Source: an uncultured Candidatus Planktophila sp. (GTDB lineage: Bacteria > Actinomycetota > Actinomycetes > Nanopelagicales > Nanopelagicaceae). Taken from it: a DNA stretch of 37,638 nucleotides. The translations under genes and the position numbers were made by a program. The DNA lies in contig CAZUWN010000001.1 in assembly GCA_964624105.1 (NCBI GenBank), positions 1-37,638 of the forward strand, in the 5' to 3' direction. Of the stretch, positions 16,973 through 26,751 are shown piece after piece (within the stretch, counting starts at the first letter, position 1; every line of letters starts with the position of its first letter). The notes below the pieces were generated by a model. That model ran no database searches. It saw nothing but the letters and a program-made list of their open reading frames with translations, and was not told the origin of the DNA.

Positions 16973-19900
16973 TCAGTTTGCATTGAAATATTTTGCCTCC
17001 GGGTGATGCACGATGATGGCACTTGTTGATTGTTCTGGGTGCAGTTGGAACTCTTCGGAAAGTTCTACCCCAATACGGCCAGGTTCCAATAGTTCGCATA
17101 GTTGAACTTGCTGTTCGATATCTGGGCAAGCTGGATAACCGAATGAATAACGTGAACCGCGGTAACCCTGATCGAGTATTCCTTGCAAGTCAGGTGCATC
17201 TTCGGCCCGCACTTGCATTTCTTCGCGGATACGTTGATGCCAATATTCGGCAAGAGCTTCAGTTAACTGGACAGATAAGCCATGCAACTCTAAATATTCG
17301 CGGTATTCATTCTTCGCAAAAAGTTCAGCGGCGGCTTTGCTGATTGTGTTGCCCATTGTTACAACGTGGAAAGCAACTACATCGACTTTGCCAGACTCTT
17401 TGCTAACGAAGAAATCACTTATGCATAAGCGGCGATCGCGGCGCTGACGTGGGAATGAGAAACGAGTTCGTTCTTTTCCTTTATCCGGGCCCTCATGATG
17501 CAGAATAACCAGTTCGTTACCTTCGCTAACACATGGGAAATATCCATAAACAACTGCCGCCTCTAGCCAACCTTCGGATTGAACTTGATTCAGCAAAGCA
17601 CGAAGGCGTGGTCGACCTTCAGTTTCAGCCATTGCGTCGTACTCACCGCGAGCACCTTTAAGACCCCACTGACCCATGAACAGAGCGCGTTCATCAAGCA
17701 TGCCCGAGTAATCAGCTAGCGGGATTCCTTTAACAATTCGAGATCCGAAGAAGGGAACATTAGGAATATCAATATCAAGTGCCACATCGCTGCGCTTGGT
17801 ATCAATCTCTTCACTGATTTCAATATTTCGAGTTGATTTAACTTTTCGTTCGCGTAACGCGGGCAGTGCAGCTCCTGGCTCGCCACGTTTAACCGCCATG
17901 ATCGCATCCATTAAACGCAAGCCCTCGAATGCATCTCGTGCATAGCGAACTTCACCTGGGAAAATTTCAGCTAAGTCTTGCTCTACAAAAGCGCGCGTGA
18001 GGGCGGCGCCACCTAAAACAATCGGCCATTTTTGATCTAACCCACGGGCGGTAATTTCTTCAAGATTCTCTTTCATAATTACGGTGGACTTAACCAGCAG
18101 GCCACTCATACCAATTGCATCAACGTTATGTTCTTGAGCTGCATCAACGATTTGATTGATGGTCTGCTTAATTCCGATATTAACAACTTGGTAGCCGTTG
18201 TTAGACAAAATAATGTCAACTAGGTTCTTGCCAATATCGTGGACATCGCCCTTAACAGTTGCTAGCAGCATGCGACCACGACCTTGGTCATCCGTCTTCT
18301 CCATGTATGGCTCTAGATAAGCAACGGCACTCTTCATAACTTCAGCGCTCTGCAAAACGAAAGGCAATTGCATCTCGCCTTTACCAAATAGTTCGCCAAC
18401 TACCTTCATGCCTTCAAGTAAGTGGTCATTAATGATCTGTAGTGGTTTGATTCCCTGCGTCATAGCCAGATCTAGATCTGCATCTAGTCCGACTTTCTCG
18501 CCATCAATAATGCGGCGCTGTAGTCGTTCTTCAAGAGGCAAGGCAGCTAAGCCAGCTGCGCGCAAATTACGAGTAGCTGCAACTTCGACACCTTCGAATA
18601 ATTGCAGGAACTCAGTTAGCGGATCGTAAGTACATTCACCATCGGCATAAGTGCGGCGATCGTAAATTAGATCGAGGGCAACTTCGCGGGCTCGGGCATC
18701 GATGCGAGCCATTGGTGTGATTTTGGAAGGATGCACAATTGCCGAATCAAGGCCAGCTTCAACACATTCATGCAGGAATACTGAGTTAAGCACAATGCGG
18801 GATGCGGCATTTAAGCCAAACGAAACATTGCTTACGCCAAGAGTGGTTTGCACTTCTGGGAACTCAAGCTTTAATGCGCGGATTGCTTCGATAGTTTCAA
18901 TGCCATCACGACGAGTTTCTTCTTGACCCGTTGCGATTGGAAAAGTTAAACAATCGATCAAGATATCGCCGGTGGCCATCCCCCAGTTAGTCGTTAAATC
19001 AAGAATCAAGCGGCGAGCTACTTTAAGTTTCCACTCTTTCGTACGAGCTTGGCCCTCTTCATCAATCGTTAGCGCAACAACGCTAGCGCCATGTTCTTGG
19101 ACTAAGGGCATGATCTTGGCGAAACGTGATGTCGGGCCATCGCCATCTTCATAGTTAACTGAGTTGATAACGCTGCGGCCACCCAATTGTTCAAGGCCCG
19201 CCTTCAATACAGCTGGTTCAGTTGAATCTAGAACAATCGGCAAGGTAGATGCGGTAGCAAAACGACTAGCAAGTTCAGTCATATCCCTGGCGCCATCGCG
19301 ACCAACATAATCAACCGAAAGATCTAGCATATGAGCGCCTTCACGAATTTGATCGCGGGCAATCTCTACGCAGGTCTGCCAATCTTCAACAATTAAAGCA
19401 TCGCGAAATGCTCTAGAGCCATTGGCATTGGTTCGCTCACCGATAGCCAAATAAGTTTTATCTTGGCGAAACGGAACAAATTGATAAAGCGAAGAAGCGC
19501 CAGCCTCAGTTACCGGGCTGCGATCCTTGATTTGGTGGCCTTTAAATTTTTCCACAACTGCCGCCAAGTGAGCTGGAGTTGTTCCGCAACAACCGCCTAG
19601 CAGAGAAATGCCGTAGTCAGCAACGAAAGTATCTAGAGCGGTTGCAAGTTCATCTGGACCGAGTGGATATTCCGCGCCTTTTTTACCAAGAATTGGCAGA
19701 CCTGCGTTCGGCATAACCGAAAGTGCTACCTTCGAATTTTGAGATAGGTAGCGCAGGTGCTCAGACATTTCAGCTGGCCCAGTGGCACAGTTAAGCCCGA
19801 TCAAGTCAATTTCTAAGGGCGCTAGAGCATTTAGAGCTGCGCCGATTTCTGAACCGAGCAACATAGTTCCGGTTTGTTCAACAGTTACTTGGGCGATCAA

Positions 19901-20470
19901 AATTACGTCACGATCAACTTTGGCCATGGCAGCGCGTGACCCGTTTACCGCTGCTTTTGCTTGTAATAAATCTTGCGTGGTTTCAATTAGCAGTGCGTCA
20001 GATCCACCATCTAGTAAACCTTGCGCTGCTGTTTCATAGGCATTGCGTAAGAACTCGTAAGTTGTATGTCCGAGAGTTGGTAATTTTGTTCCGGGCCCGA
20101 GTGAACCTAAAACGAAGCGTGGTTTATCTGCGGTAGAAAATTTATCTGCGCATTCGCGAGCAATCTTGGCGCCAGCAAAAGCTAATTCGTAGATTCGATC
20201 CTCGATGCCATACTCGGCTAAGTTCGCCCAGTTTGCTCCAAAGGTATTTGTCTCAATCGCATCTACGCCGACAGCTAGATATTCATTATGAACACTTGCG
20301 ACAATATCGGGACGCGAGACATTGAGAATTTCATTGCAGCCTTCGTGGTTTTGAAAGTCTTCAAGTGTTGGATCAGCCGCCTGCAACATCGTGCCCATAG
20401 CGCCATCTGCAATTACGATTCGCTCAGCCAACGCCTGACGAAGCAAAGAAGGCGTTTTTACGAGGCTCAT
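16973..20470 (-). CDS. metH: Cobalamin-dependent methionine synthase
   Basis: ADGAMGT, GLNCATGP, GGCCGT, IGERTNANGS, B12-binding DVHDIGKN..SGLL, RYSFGYPACPD. ATG at 20470 follows a TAACCT -10. Confidence 0.97.
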   Translation of the reverse strand: MSLVKTPSLLRQALAERIVIADGAMGTMLQAADPTLEDFQNHEGCNEILNVSRPDIVASVHNEYLAVGVDAIETNTFGANWANLAEYGIEDRIYELAFAGAKIARECADKFSTADKPRFVLGSLGPGTKLPTLGHTTYEFLRNAYETAAQGLLDGGSDALLIETTQDLLQAKAAVNGSRAAMAKVDRDVILIAQVTVEQTGTMLLGSEIGAALNALAPLEIDLIGLNCATGPAEMSEHLRYLSQNSKVALSVMPNAGLPILGKKGAEYPLGPDELATALDTFVADYGISLLGGCCGTTPAHLAAVVEKFKGHQIKDRSPVTEAGASSLYQFVPFRQDKTYLAIGERTNANGSRAFRDALIVEDWQTCVEIARDQIREGAHMLDLSVDYVGRDGARDMTELASRFATASTLPIVLDSTEPAVLKAGLEQLGGRSVINSVNYEDGDGPTSRFAKIMPLVQEHGASVVALTIDEEGQARTKEWKLKVARRLILDLTTNWGMATGDILIDCLTFPIATGQEETRRDGIETIEAIRALKLEFPEVQTTLGVSNVSFGLNAASRIVLNSVFLHECVEAGLDSAIVHPSKITPMARIDARAREVALDLIYDRRTYADGECTYDPLTEFLQLFEGVEVAATRNLRAAGLAALPLEERLQRRIIDGEKVGLDADLDLAMTQGIKPLQIINDHLLEGMKVVGELFGKGEMQLPFVLQSAEVMKSAVAYLEPYMEKTDDQGRGRMLLATVKGDVHDIGKNLVDIILSNNGYQVVNIGIKQTINQIVDAAQEHNVDAIGMSGLLVKSTVIMKENLEEITARGLDQKWPIVLGGAALTRAFVEQDLAEIFPGEVRYARDAFEGLRLMDAIMAVKRGEPGAALPALRERKVKSTRNIEISEEIDTKRSDVALDIDIPNVPFFGSRIVKGIPLADYSGMLDERALFMGQWGLKGARGEYDAMAETEGRPRLRALLNQVQSEGWLEAAVVYGYFPCVSEGNELVILHHEGPDKGKERTRFSFPRQRRDRRLCISDFFVSKESGKVDVVAFHVVTMGNTISKAAAELFAKNEYREYLELHGLSVQLTEALAEYWHQRIREEMQVRAEDAPDLQGILDQGYRGSRYSFGYPACPDIEQQVQLCELLEPGRIGVELSEEFQLHPEQSTSAIIVHHPEAKYFNAN

Positions 20471-20504
20471 TGGCCCAAGGTTACCAGTAGATAATTTTTC
20501 GCGT

Positions 20505-21746
20505 CTAAATTGCGATACCCAAGAAGGTATCAAGGGCTCTACTTAGCTCGCCACTGCTGCCACCAGTTAGACCACTTTCGGTCTGATCTATCCAACTATC
20601 TATGGCCTTAAGGGCACGAACTGTGTCTAAATTATCGGCCAAACTAGCAATTATCAAAGCAATGCACTCTTTAGTTGGTGCAACCTCATTGCGACTAAGA
20701 GCACTTTGCAGACGACTCATTCGGGCAGTGGCTTCAACTAATACTTGATCAGTCCACATGCGGTCGCGACCATAGGCAGCGCTAAGAAGTGCTAATCGAA
20801 TGACCATGGGATCAATACCGGCAGCGACTAATTTACTAACGAAAACGAGATTGCCTTTACTCTTACTCATTTTTTCGCCATCAAGCCCAACCATGCCAGC
20901 GTGAACATAAGTTTGCGCATACGGTTTGCCAGTCATGATTGCTACCTGAGCAGCGCCCATTTCATGATGCGGGAAAATCAAATCACTGCCGCCACCTTGA
21001 ATATCAATGACGTAATCATCTGCAGGATCTGGTTTCAAATAAGCCAATGCGATTGCACTGCATTCGATATGCCAACCTGGCCGACCTTCGCCAAATGGTG
21101 AGGTCCATGATGGTTCGCCAGGACGTGCCGCTAACCAAACTAAACAGTCGAGCACATCTTTCTTGCCAACTCGATCTGGATCCCCGCCGCGTTGTGAAAA
21201 AATCTCTTGCATCTCAACCTGCGAGTAGTGAGATCGAGTTCCGAACTCAGCATCACTGCGAACCTGGAAGTAGAGATCATCTTCAACTGAATAAATTGTG
21301 TTTGCTGCTTTAAGAACTTCGATCGCTTCGGTGACTAATGGAATTGCTTCAACTGCCCCGATATAACTTTCTGGCGGCAAAATATGAAGATTGACCATGT
21401 CACCGCGGAACAATTCAATTTGGGAATGCGCTAAATCTTCCCAATCAATCCCGTCACGTTTGGCACGTTCAAGTAGTGGATCATCGATGTCAGTTATGTT
21501 CTGCACATACCGAACTTCGGCTCCGGTCGCTCTCAAGTAGCGGTTAATTAAGTCAAAGGTTAAATAAGTAGCTGCGTGCCCCAAGTGGGTCGCATCGTAA
21601 GGAGTAATACCGCAGACATACATGCGGTAAAGGCTCTTAGTCGGTAGCGCTTTCTTAGTTCCAGAGAGCGTGTCTTTTAAAGTCAGTTTTGGCAGCGCAT
21701 ATTTAGGGTCGACTGCTGGAATCGCAACTGTTGGCCAAGAACGCAT
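20505..21746 (-). CDS. mshC: Cysteine:GlcN-Ins ligase (mycothiol biosynthesis)
   Basis: MRSW.., YVCGITPYDATHLGH, YVQNITDIDDPLLERA, GRPGWHIEC, GGGSDLIFPHHE, KMSKSKGN; lacks the CysRS anticodon domain. Confidence 0.94.
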   Translation of the reverse strand: MRSWPTVAIPAVDPKYALPKLTLKDTLSGTKKALPTKSLYRMYVCGITPYDATHLGHAATYLTFDLINRYLRATGAEVRYVQNITDIDDPLLERAKRDGIDWEDLAHSQIELFRGDMVNLHILPPESYIGAVEAIPLVTEAIEVLKAANTIYSVEDDLYFQVRSDAEFGTRSHYSQVEMQEIFSQRGGDPDRVGKKDVLDCLVWLAARPGEPSWTSPFGEGRPGWHIECSAIALAYLKPDPADDYVIDIQGGGSDLIFPHHEMGAAQVAIMTGKPYAQTYVHAGMVGLDGEKMSKSKGNLVFVSKLVAAGIDPMVIRLALLSAAYGRDRMWTDQVLVEATARMSRLQSALSRNEVAPTKECIALIIASLADNLDTVRALKAIDSWIDQTESGLTGGSSGELSRALDTFLGIAI

Positions 21747-21755
21747 TGACCTATC

Positions 21756-22478
21756 CTAGAACGGTGGCCACGGAACCGCTGGCCAATCTGGGCTCGGTGA
21801 CGGAAAGACTTTTTCCGCTTGGAGACGTGCGACTCGTAACTTTAGTGCGCTGAATTCCTCGCTTGTGATTAGCTGCTTAATCTTTTCGCCGGTATCGCCA
21901 TCGAGTTCTGAATCAAGCACTTTCAACATATCGATTTCTGAATCCAACAACGCTAACTGTTCCCATTGCCATAAAACAGTTCGCAATTTATCTTCGGAAT
22001 GAAAAGTGACGCCATGATCACAGCCATAGATGTGACCATCAGGAGTCGGCAGTAAGTGACCGATTTTGCGATCGGTATTATTTATCACGACATCGAAAAG
22101 GGCGAGATTTCGTAACCCTGGCAAATCCTTTCGGTATAGCTCGGCTAGATCAACTTCTTCATCAATATCAATCCAAAGTTGAACCATGCCGAAACCAAAT
22201 GGCCCTTCGCGCAGTAACGTGGGCGGAACACAATTAAGTTGCATCGCTTCACTTATCAGATAGGCGGCGTATTCACGGTTAGCCAATGTTCCATCGGGAA
22301 AATCCCATAGGGGCCGCTCCCCCGTTACGGGTTTGTAAATACAGTTAAATGAATTATCACCAACTGTGATTTCACCAAAGAGCGTCGCATTCGACGCGTC
22401 TACTAAGCGACCAGTAACTTTCAGATCACCATAACCGAGTGCGGCCAGGATCTCGTCGCGGTTATCTGCGGTAACCAT
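21756..22478 (-). CDS. SCO1664-family putative kinase (PI3/4-kinase-like)
   Basis: ASNAT, IYKPVTGERPLWDFPDGTLANREYAAY, FDVVINNTDRKIGHLL, GCDHG, KLRTVLW, WPAVPWPPF. Start ATG at 22478. Confidence 0.88.
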   Translation of the reverse strand: MVTADNRDEILAALGYGDLKVTGRLVDASNATLFGEITVGDNSFNCIYKPVTGERPLWDFPDGTLANREYAAYLISEAMQLNCVPPTLLREGPFGFGMVQLWIDIDEEVDLAELYRKDLPGLRNLALFDVVINNTDRKIGHLLPTPDGHIYGCDHGVTFHSEDKLRTVLWQWEQLALLDSEIDMLKVLDSELDGDTGEKIKQLITSEEFSALKLRVARLQAEKVFPSPSPDWPAVPWPPF

Positions 22479-23010
22479 TGGCCCTCGGGCATAGGTGTCC
22501 GGTGTTATCAATCGGTATTCCGCAGAATGGGCAAGGCAATCGGCCAGCACCTACTACCGCTGCAGTTCGTTTCGCGAACGCGTCGGCTTGGGCCAGAGTT
22601 AGTGAAACTCGAAGTAAATCAGGTGCTTCGTCTTCGTCATCATCGACTAACTCTTCTTCTTCCGAATCAGCTGGTGTTGCACACTGCAGTTCAACTAGAA
22701 CCATCTCAGTGTCAGTTACAAATGAAAGGCCGATAACGCCAACTCGAAACTCTTCGAAGATTGGTTGCTCTAGTGGTTCGGTATCAACGCCCAATCGTGA
22801 GTAGCCAATAAGCGGATTGCCACGCTTAATCTCTCGAAGAATGGCACCCACTCGATCGCCTAAAGCGGCAGCTTGAATTTTCTCTAACCCAACTGAGGTG
22901 ATTCGTGAACCAGTTCGCGCTTGAATAAAGAAACTGCGTTCACCAGGTTCACCAACGGTTCCGCAAACGAAACGTTCTACTGGATTAAAATCGTAAACAA
23001 TCCGACTCAC
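22462..23010 (-). CDS. DUF3090 family protein
   Basis: RFVCGTVGEPGERSFFIQAR, LEK.Q, PLEQP..EEFRVG, acidic linker, C-terminal GRLPCPFCG.PID..GHLCPRANG. Confidence 0.88.
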   Translation of the reverse strand: MSRIVYDFNPVERFVCGTVGEPGERSFFIQARTGSRITSVGLEKIQAAALGDRVGAILREIKRGNPLIGYSRLGVDTEPLEQPIFEEFRVGVIGLSFVTDTEMVLVELQCATPADSEEEELVDDDEDEAPDLLRVSLTLAQADAFAKRTAAVVGAGRLPCPFCGIPIDNTGHLCPRANGYRR

Positions 23011-23678
23011 TTAGTTATGCCTTTGCCCCCGCCAAGTAAATGGCCACGCTTATGTTTACTTTGCAATAGTTCACGAACTGAGGAGTCCGAATCGTTTAAT
23101 CGCGTAAGTCTAATTGCGCCACCATTTGACTCAAGAATTGTGATCGAAGCTGGATCGATAACGATTCGCTGGAAATCATCTAGATGCATGCCCATTGAAC
23201 TTGCCACAATTGCCTTAATCACATCACCATGAGAAACCATGATGGTCATTTCCTGATCAGATGCGAAGAAATCGTGGACCGTCTTCATCGCACGTACTTG
23301 CATTTGCGCAAGACTCTCACCATCTGGAAAAGTAACGGCGCTCGGCTGACCCTGCACCTTGCGCCATAACTTCGCACGAGAAAGCGTTGCTAATTTCTTA
23401 CCCGACCATTTTCCATAATCGACTTCAACTAAATTTGGCTCAAGAGTTACAGTTACGCCTTTGCCATATTTGGCCAGCCATGGTGCGAGAGTTTCATAAC
23501 AGCGATCCATTGGGCTGACCTGAACATGAGCGATTGTTAATTTGCCTAGTCGCTCGGCTAATCGTTCAGCTTGCTCTTGACCGGACTTGGAAAGATGCAC
23601 ATTTGGCAATTGACCAGATAGAACACCTGCGGCATTGGCAGTCGAATGAGCATGTCGGATCAAAACAATTTTTGGCAC
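23007..23678 (-). CDS. Histidine phosphatase family protein (MSMEG_4193-like)
   Basis: LIRHAHSTAN, SPMDRC, EVDYGKWSG, FPDGES, VSHGDVIK, HLDDFQRI, terminal GGG. Confidence 0.9.
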   Translation of the reverse strand: MPKIVLIRHAHSTANAAGVLSGQLPNVHLSKSGQEQAERLAERLGKLTIAHVQVSPMDRCYETLAPWLAKYGKGVTVTLEPNLVEVDYGKWSGKKLATLSRAKLWRKVQGQPSAVTFPDGESLAQMQVRAMKTVHDFFASDQEMTIMVSHGDVIKAIVASSMGMHLDDFQRIVIDPASITILESNGGAIRLTRLNDSDSSVRELLQSKHKRGHLLGGGKGITK

Positions 23679-23728
23679 CCTGAAAGGTTATCGCAGTAAT
23701 TCGGCCCTCGCCTTGCTAGGTTTGCGCC

Positions 23729-24679
23729 ATGGAACTTAGGCGTGCTGGCGATAGTGGCTTATCTCTATCTCGATTAGGTCTGGGAACAATGACTTGGGGC
23801 CGAGATACCGATGAGCACGAGGCCGCCGATCAAATGCGAGCATATTTGGATGCTGGTGGAAATTTCATTGATACCGCCGCTGTATATGGCGATGGCGATA
23901 GCGAGCGAGTAATCGGTGGACTAGCTGGTTCACTTTTTAAACGCGAAGAAATCGTTCTAGCGACTAAGGCCGGAATCACTTTTCCAGATGGAATCCGTAC
24001 TGTAAATAATTCACGCGCTGCTTTGATGGCTGAATTGGATAATTCGCTGGCGCGACTCGGCACTGACTACGTTGATCTATGGCAGATCCATACTTGGGAC
24101 AGTGAGAATCCGATCTCTGATGCGCTATCTGCATTGGATTGGGCGTATAACTCAGGGCGCGCACGGTACGTCGGAATCTCAAACTTCTCTGGCTGGCAAA
24201 CAGCACACTGTGTTACTCGTCAAAGTAACCAAGGCGGTAAAGCGCCAATTGCATCGATTCAATCAGAGTATTCACTATTGAATCGCGAAGTTGAACGCGA
24301 GATTATTCCAGCTGCGCAGGCTTTAGGTTTTGGATTCTTGCCTTGGTCACCATTGGGTCGCGGCGTGCTTACTGGAAAATATCGCAATGGATTGCCCAGC
24401 GATTCGCGGGGTGCGAGCGCACACTTTGCCGGATTCGTGGAACCATATTTAGATGCTCGTTCTTCGCGCATCGTTGAAGCAGTTTGCGTAGCAGCCGATG
24501 GACTCGGATTTTCACCGCTCGAAGTTTCCTTAGCTTGGGTACGAGATGCACCTGGTGTAACAAGTGCCATTGTGGGTGCGCGAACTGGTGCGCAACTGCG
24601 TGGAATTTTAACTTCGGAGCAAATAAGTTTGCCCGAAGTTGTACGCGAAGCGCTGAGTGAGGTCTCAGCTATTCTTTAA
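23729..24679 (+). CDS. Aldo/keto reductase
   Basis: LGLGTMTWG, FIDTAAVYG, LATK, SLARLGTDYVDLWQIH, GISNF, PWSPLGRGVLTGKY. Confidence 0.92.
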   Translation: MELRRAGDSGLSLSRLGLGTMTWGRDTDEHEAADQMRAYLDAGGNFIDTAAVYGDGDSERVIGGLAGSLFKREEIVLATKAGITFPDGIRTVNNSRAALMAELDNSLARLGTDYVDLWQIHTWDSENPISDALSALDWAYNSGRARYVGISNFSGWQTAHCVTRQSNQGGKAPIASIQSEYSLLNREVEREIIPAAQALGFGFLPWSPLGRGVLTGKYRNGLPSDSRGASAHFAGFVEPYLDARSSRIVEAVCVAADGLGFSPLEVSLAWVRDAPGVTSAIVGARTGAQLRGILTSEQISLPEVVREALSEVSAIL

Positions 24680-25981
24680 GAAGTGCTCCATCATATGTAC
24701 GCCGCTTTTCAAACCATCTAGCGGAACTCTTTCGTCAACGCCATGGAATAGCGCCATAAAATCTAAATCGGCCGGCAGTTTCAAAGGCGCAAACCCATAA
24801 CCAACTATTCCAAGTTCGGATAACGCTTTATTGTCGGTACCGCCGCTCATCATGTACGGAACAGCAATCGCATCAGGATCCTCGGCAATCAGCGCTTGAA
24901 CCATTGCTTCAACTAAATCGCCACTGAAGTCGGCCTCTAGCGATATGTCATGAGTAAGAGTTTCGATCTCGATATCAGGCCCAACAATCTCGCGGATTGT
25001 TTGGTTGAACTCATCTTCATAGCCTGGCAAGAAACGCCCATCGACTACGGCGGACGCGGATTGCGGAATCACATTGGCTTTATAACCCGAGTTCAACATT
25101 GTCGGATTAGCAGTGTTTTGTAAGGTGGCACCAAACATCTTTGCAGCTGGACCTAACTCAACCAGCAGCGGCCGAAAATCAGTTTCGTCATATTTGCTGC
25201 CGGTCACTTTTGCGATGCTGGAAAAGAGTGACTTAATAGTGTTTGTATAACGTTGCGGCCAAGTGTGATTACCAATTTTTTGAACCGCCTCGCTTAGCGC
25301 AGTGACTGCATTATTTTTGTTGATCATGGAGCCATGACCAGCGGTTCCCTTGGCAGTTAATTTGATCCAATGAATTCCCTTTTGTGCTGTCTCAATAAAA
25401 TAAAGACGCTTGCCATTTTTCACGGTGATGGAAAAGCCACCAACCTCAGAGACAGCTTCAGTGCAGCCAGCAAAAACTTCTGGGTGATTCGCAGTCATGT
25501 AACGAGAACCGAATTCACTACCGGCTTCTTCGTCTCCGAAGAAAGCTAGGACGATGTCGCGCGGTGGCACGTACCCTTCACGTTTCCACTTGCGAACAAT
25601 TGCCAGAATCATGGCGTCAACATTCTTCATATCAACTGCGCCGCGACCCCAAATAAAACCATCTTTAATCTCGCCACTAAATGGATCTACCGACCAATCT
25701 TTTGCGTCAGCTGGTACTACATCGATATGTCCATGCAGCACTAATCCAGGTCTACTGGAATCGCTGCCTTGAATTTTTGCAATTACATTTGCCCGATTTG
25801 GCGCCGACTCATAAACAGTCGCAGCGATACCAACTTCAGCAAGTGACTCAACAACATAGGCGGCAACAGCTCGCTCATCGCCTTTACCCTCGCCATAGTT
25901 CACACTCGGAATGCGAATCAATTCTTGGCAAATGCGAATAGTCTCTTCTTCAAGGGCAAGGCGCTCAGGTGTTGAATTCAT
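24665..25981 (-). CDS. M20/M25/M40 family metallo-hydrolase (DapE/ArgE-like, Rv2141c-like)
   Basis: HGHIDVVP, WGRGAVDMK, GDEEAG, SEVGG, GHGS, SGGTD, FHGVDER. ATG at 25981 follows a GGAGAG RBS. Confidence 0.9.
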   Translation of the reverse strand: MNSTPERLALEEETIRICQELIRIPSVNYGEGKGDERAVAAYVVESLAEVGIAATVYESAPNRANVIAKIQGSDSSRPGLVLHGHIDVVPADAKDWSVDPFSGEIKDGFIWGRGAVDMKNVDAMILAIVRKWKREGYVPPRDIVLAFFGDEEAGSEFGSRYMTANHPEVFAGCTEAVSEVGGFSITVKNGKRLYFIETAQKGIHWIKLTAKGTAGHGSMINKNNAVTALSEAVQKIGNHTWPQRYTNTIKSLFSSIAKVTGSKYDETDFRPLLVELGPAAKMFGATLQNTANPTMLNSGYKANVIPQSASAVVDGRFLPGYEDEFNQTIREIVGPDIEIETLTHDISLEADFSGDLVEAMVQALIAEDPDAIAVPYMMSGGTDNKALSELGIVGYGFAPLKLPADLDFMALFHGVDERVPLDGLKSGVHMMEHFLKNS

Positions 25982-26092
25982 AGGACTACTCTCCCAGTTC
26001 TGGACCAAAAATGTGAAGTTCCAAAATTGCCAGCGACCTTTTGCTGTGATGTGACCTCAGTTGCTATCCTTACGCTTCGTTGAAAATCACTC

Positions 26093-26176
26093 GTCCGGGT
26101 GGCGGAATTGGCAGACGCGCTAGCTTGAGGTGTTAGTGCCCGCAAGGGCTTAGGGGTTCAAGTCCCCTTCCGGACA
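26093..26176 (+). tRNA. tRNA-Leu (anticodon GAG)
   Basis: Acceptor stem GTCCGGG/TCCGGAC, D-loop GGAATTGGCAGAC, anticodon arm CTAGC-TTGAGGT-GTTAG, long variable arm GCCCGCAAGGGC, T-arm AGGGGTTCAAGTCCCCT; CCA not encoded. TATCCT -10 upstream. Confidence 0.95.
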
Positions 26177-26217
26177 CGCATTTTGGTTACCGAGTTCAGC
26201 TGAGAAAGGTAGAGCGC

Positions 26218-26751
26218 ATGGAGATTGCCGATGCGCTTGCTCTGATTCGTCCAGTCCCCGACTTTCCGATACCGGGAATACTTTTCCAAGATATTGCGCC
26301 GCTAATTGCCAATCCCAAAGCCTTCGAGGTAGTCACCAAGGAATTCGCGCAAACCAAATCTCCATTCAATTTAGTAGCCGGTGTTGAATCCCGCGGTTTT
26401 ATTTTAGCTAGCGCCATCGCCATCGATAGTGGTGTTGGTTTTGTGCCGATCCGTAAAGCGGGAAAATTGCCGGGCGCAGTCATCAAACGCGAATATGGTT
26501 TGGAATACGGTAGCGACAGTCTGGAAATGCAGGTTGACGCTCTCGCCCACGTAAAAGATCCCAGAGTGTTACTAATTGATGATGTGCTTGCAACTGGCGG
26601 AACGCTAATTGCTGCTCTTGAATTGATTTCAGATTTAGCGGGTCAGATTTGCGAAGTTGTCGTTCTACTAGAGATCAGTGCCCTTGGCGGACGAGAGCGG
26701 ATCTTGGCAGCCTTCCCTGAGTTAAAGATTCGCGCGCTGGTGCAGATTTGA
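26218..26751 (+). CDS. apt: Adenine phosphoribosyltransferase
   Basis: PDFPIPGILFQDI, VESRGF, RKAGKLPG, YGLEYG, PRPP motif VLLIDDVLATGGT. Confidence 0.95.
   Translation: MEIADALALIRPVPDFPIPGILFQDIAPLIANPKAFEVVTKEFAQTKSPFNLVAGVESRGFILASAIAIDSGVGFVPIRKAGKLPGAVIKREYGLEYGSDSLEMQVDALAHVKDPRVLLIDDVLATGGTLIAALELISDLAGQICEVVVLLEISALGGRERILAAFPELKIRALVQI

Noticed and set aside
20471-20504. Cobalamin or SAM riboswitch upstream of metH
   Set aside because: Only 34 nt are available, and a -10 box sits 7 nt before the ATG, implying a leaderless mRNA.
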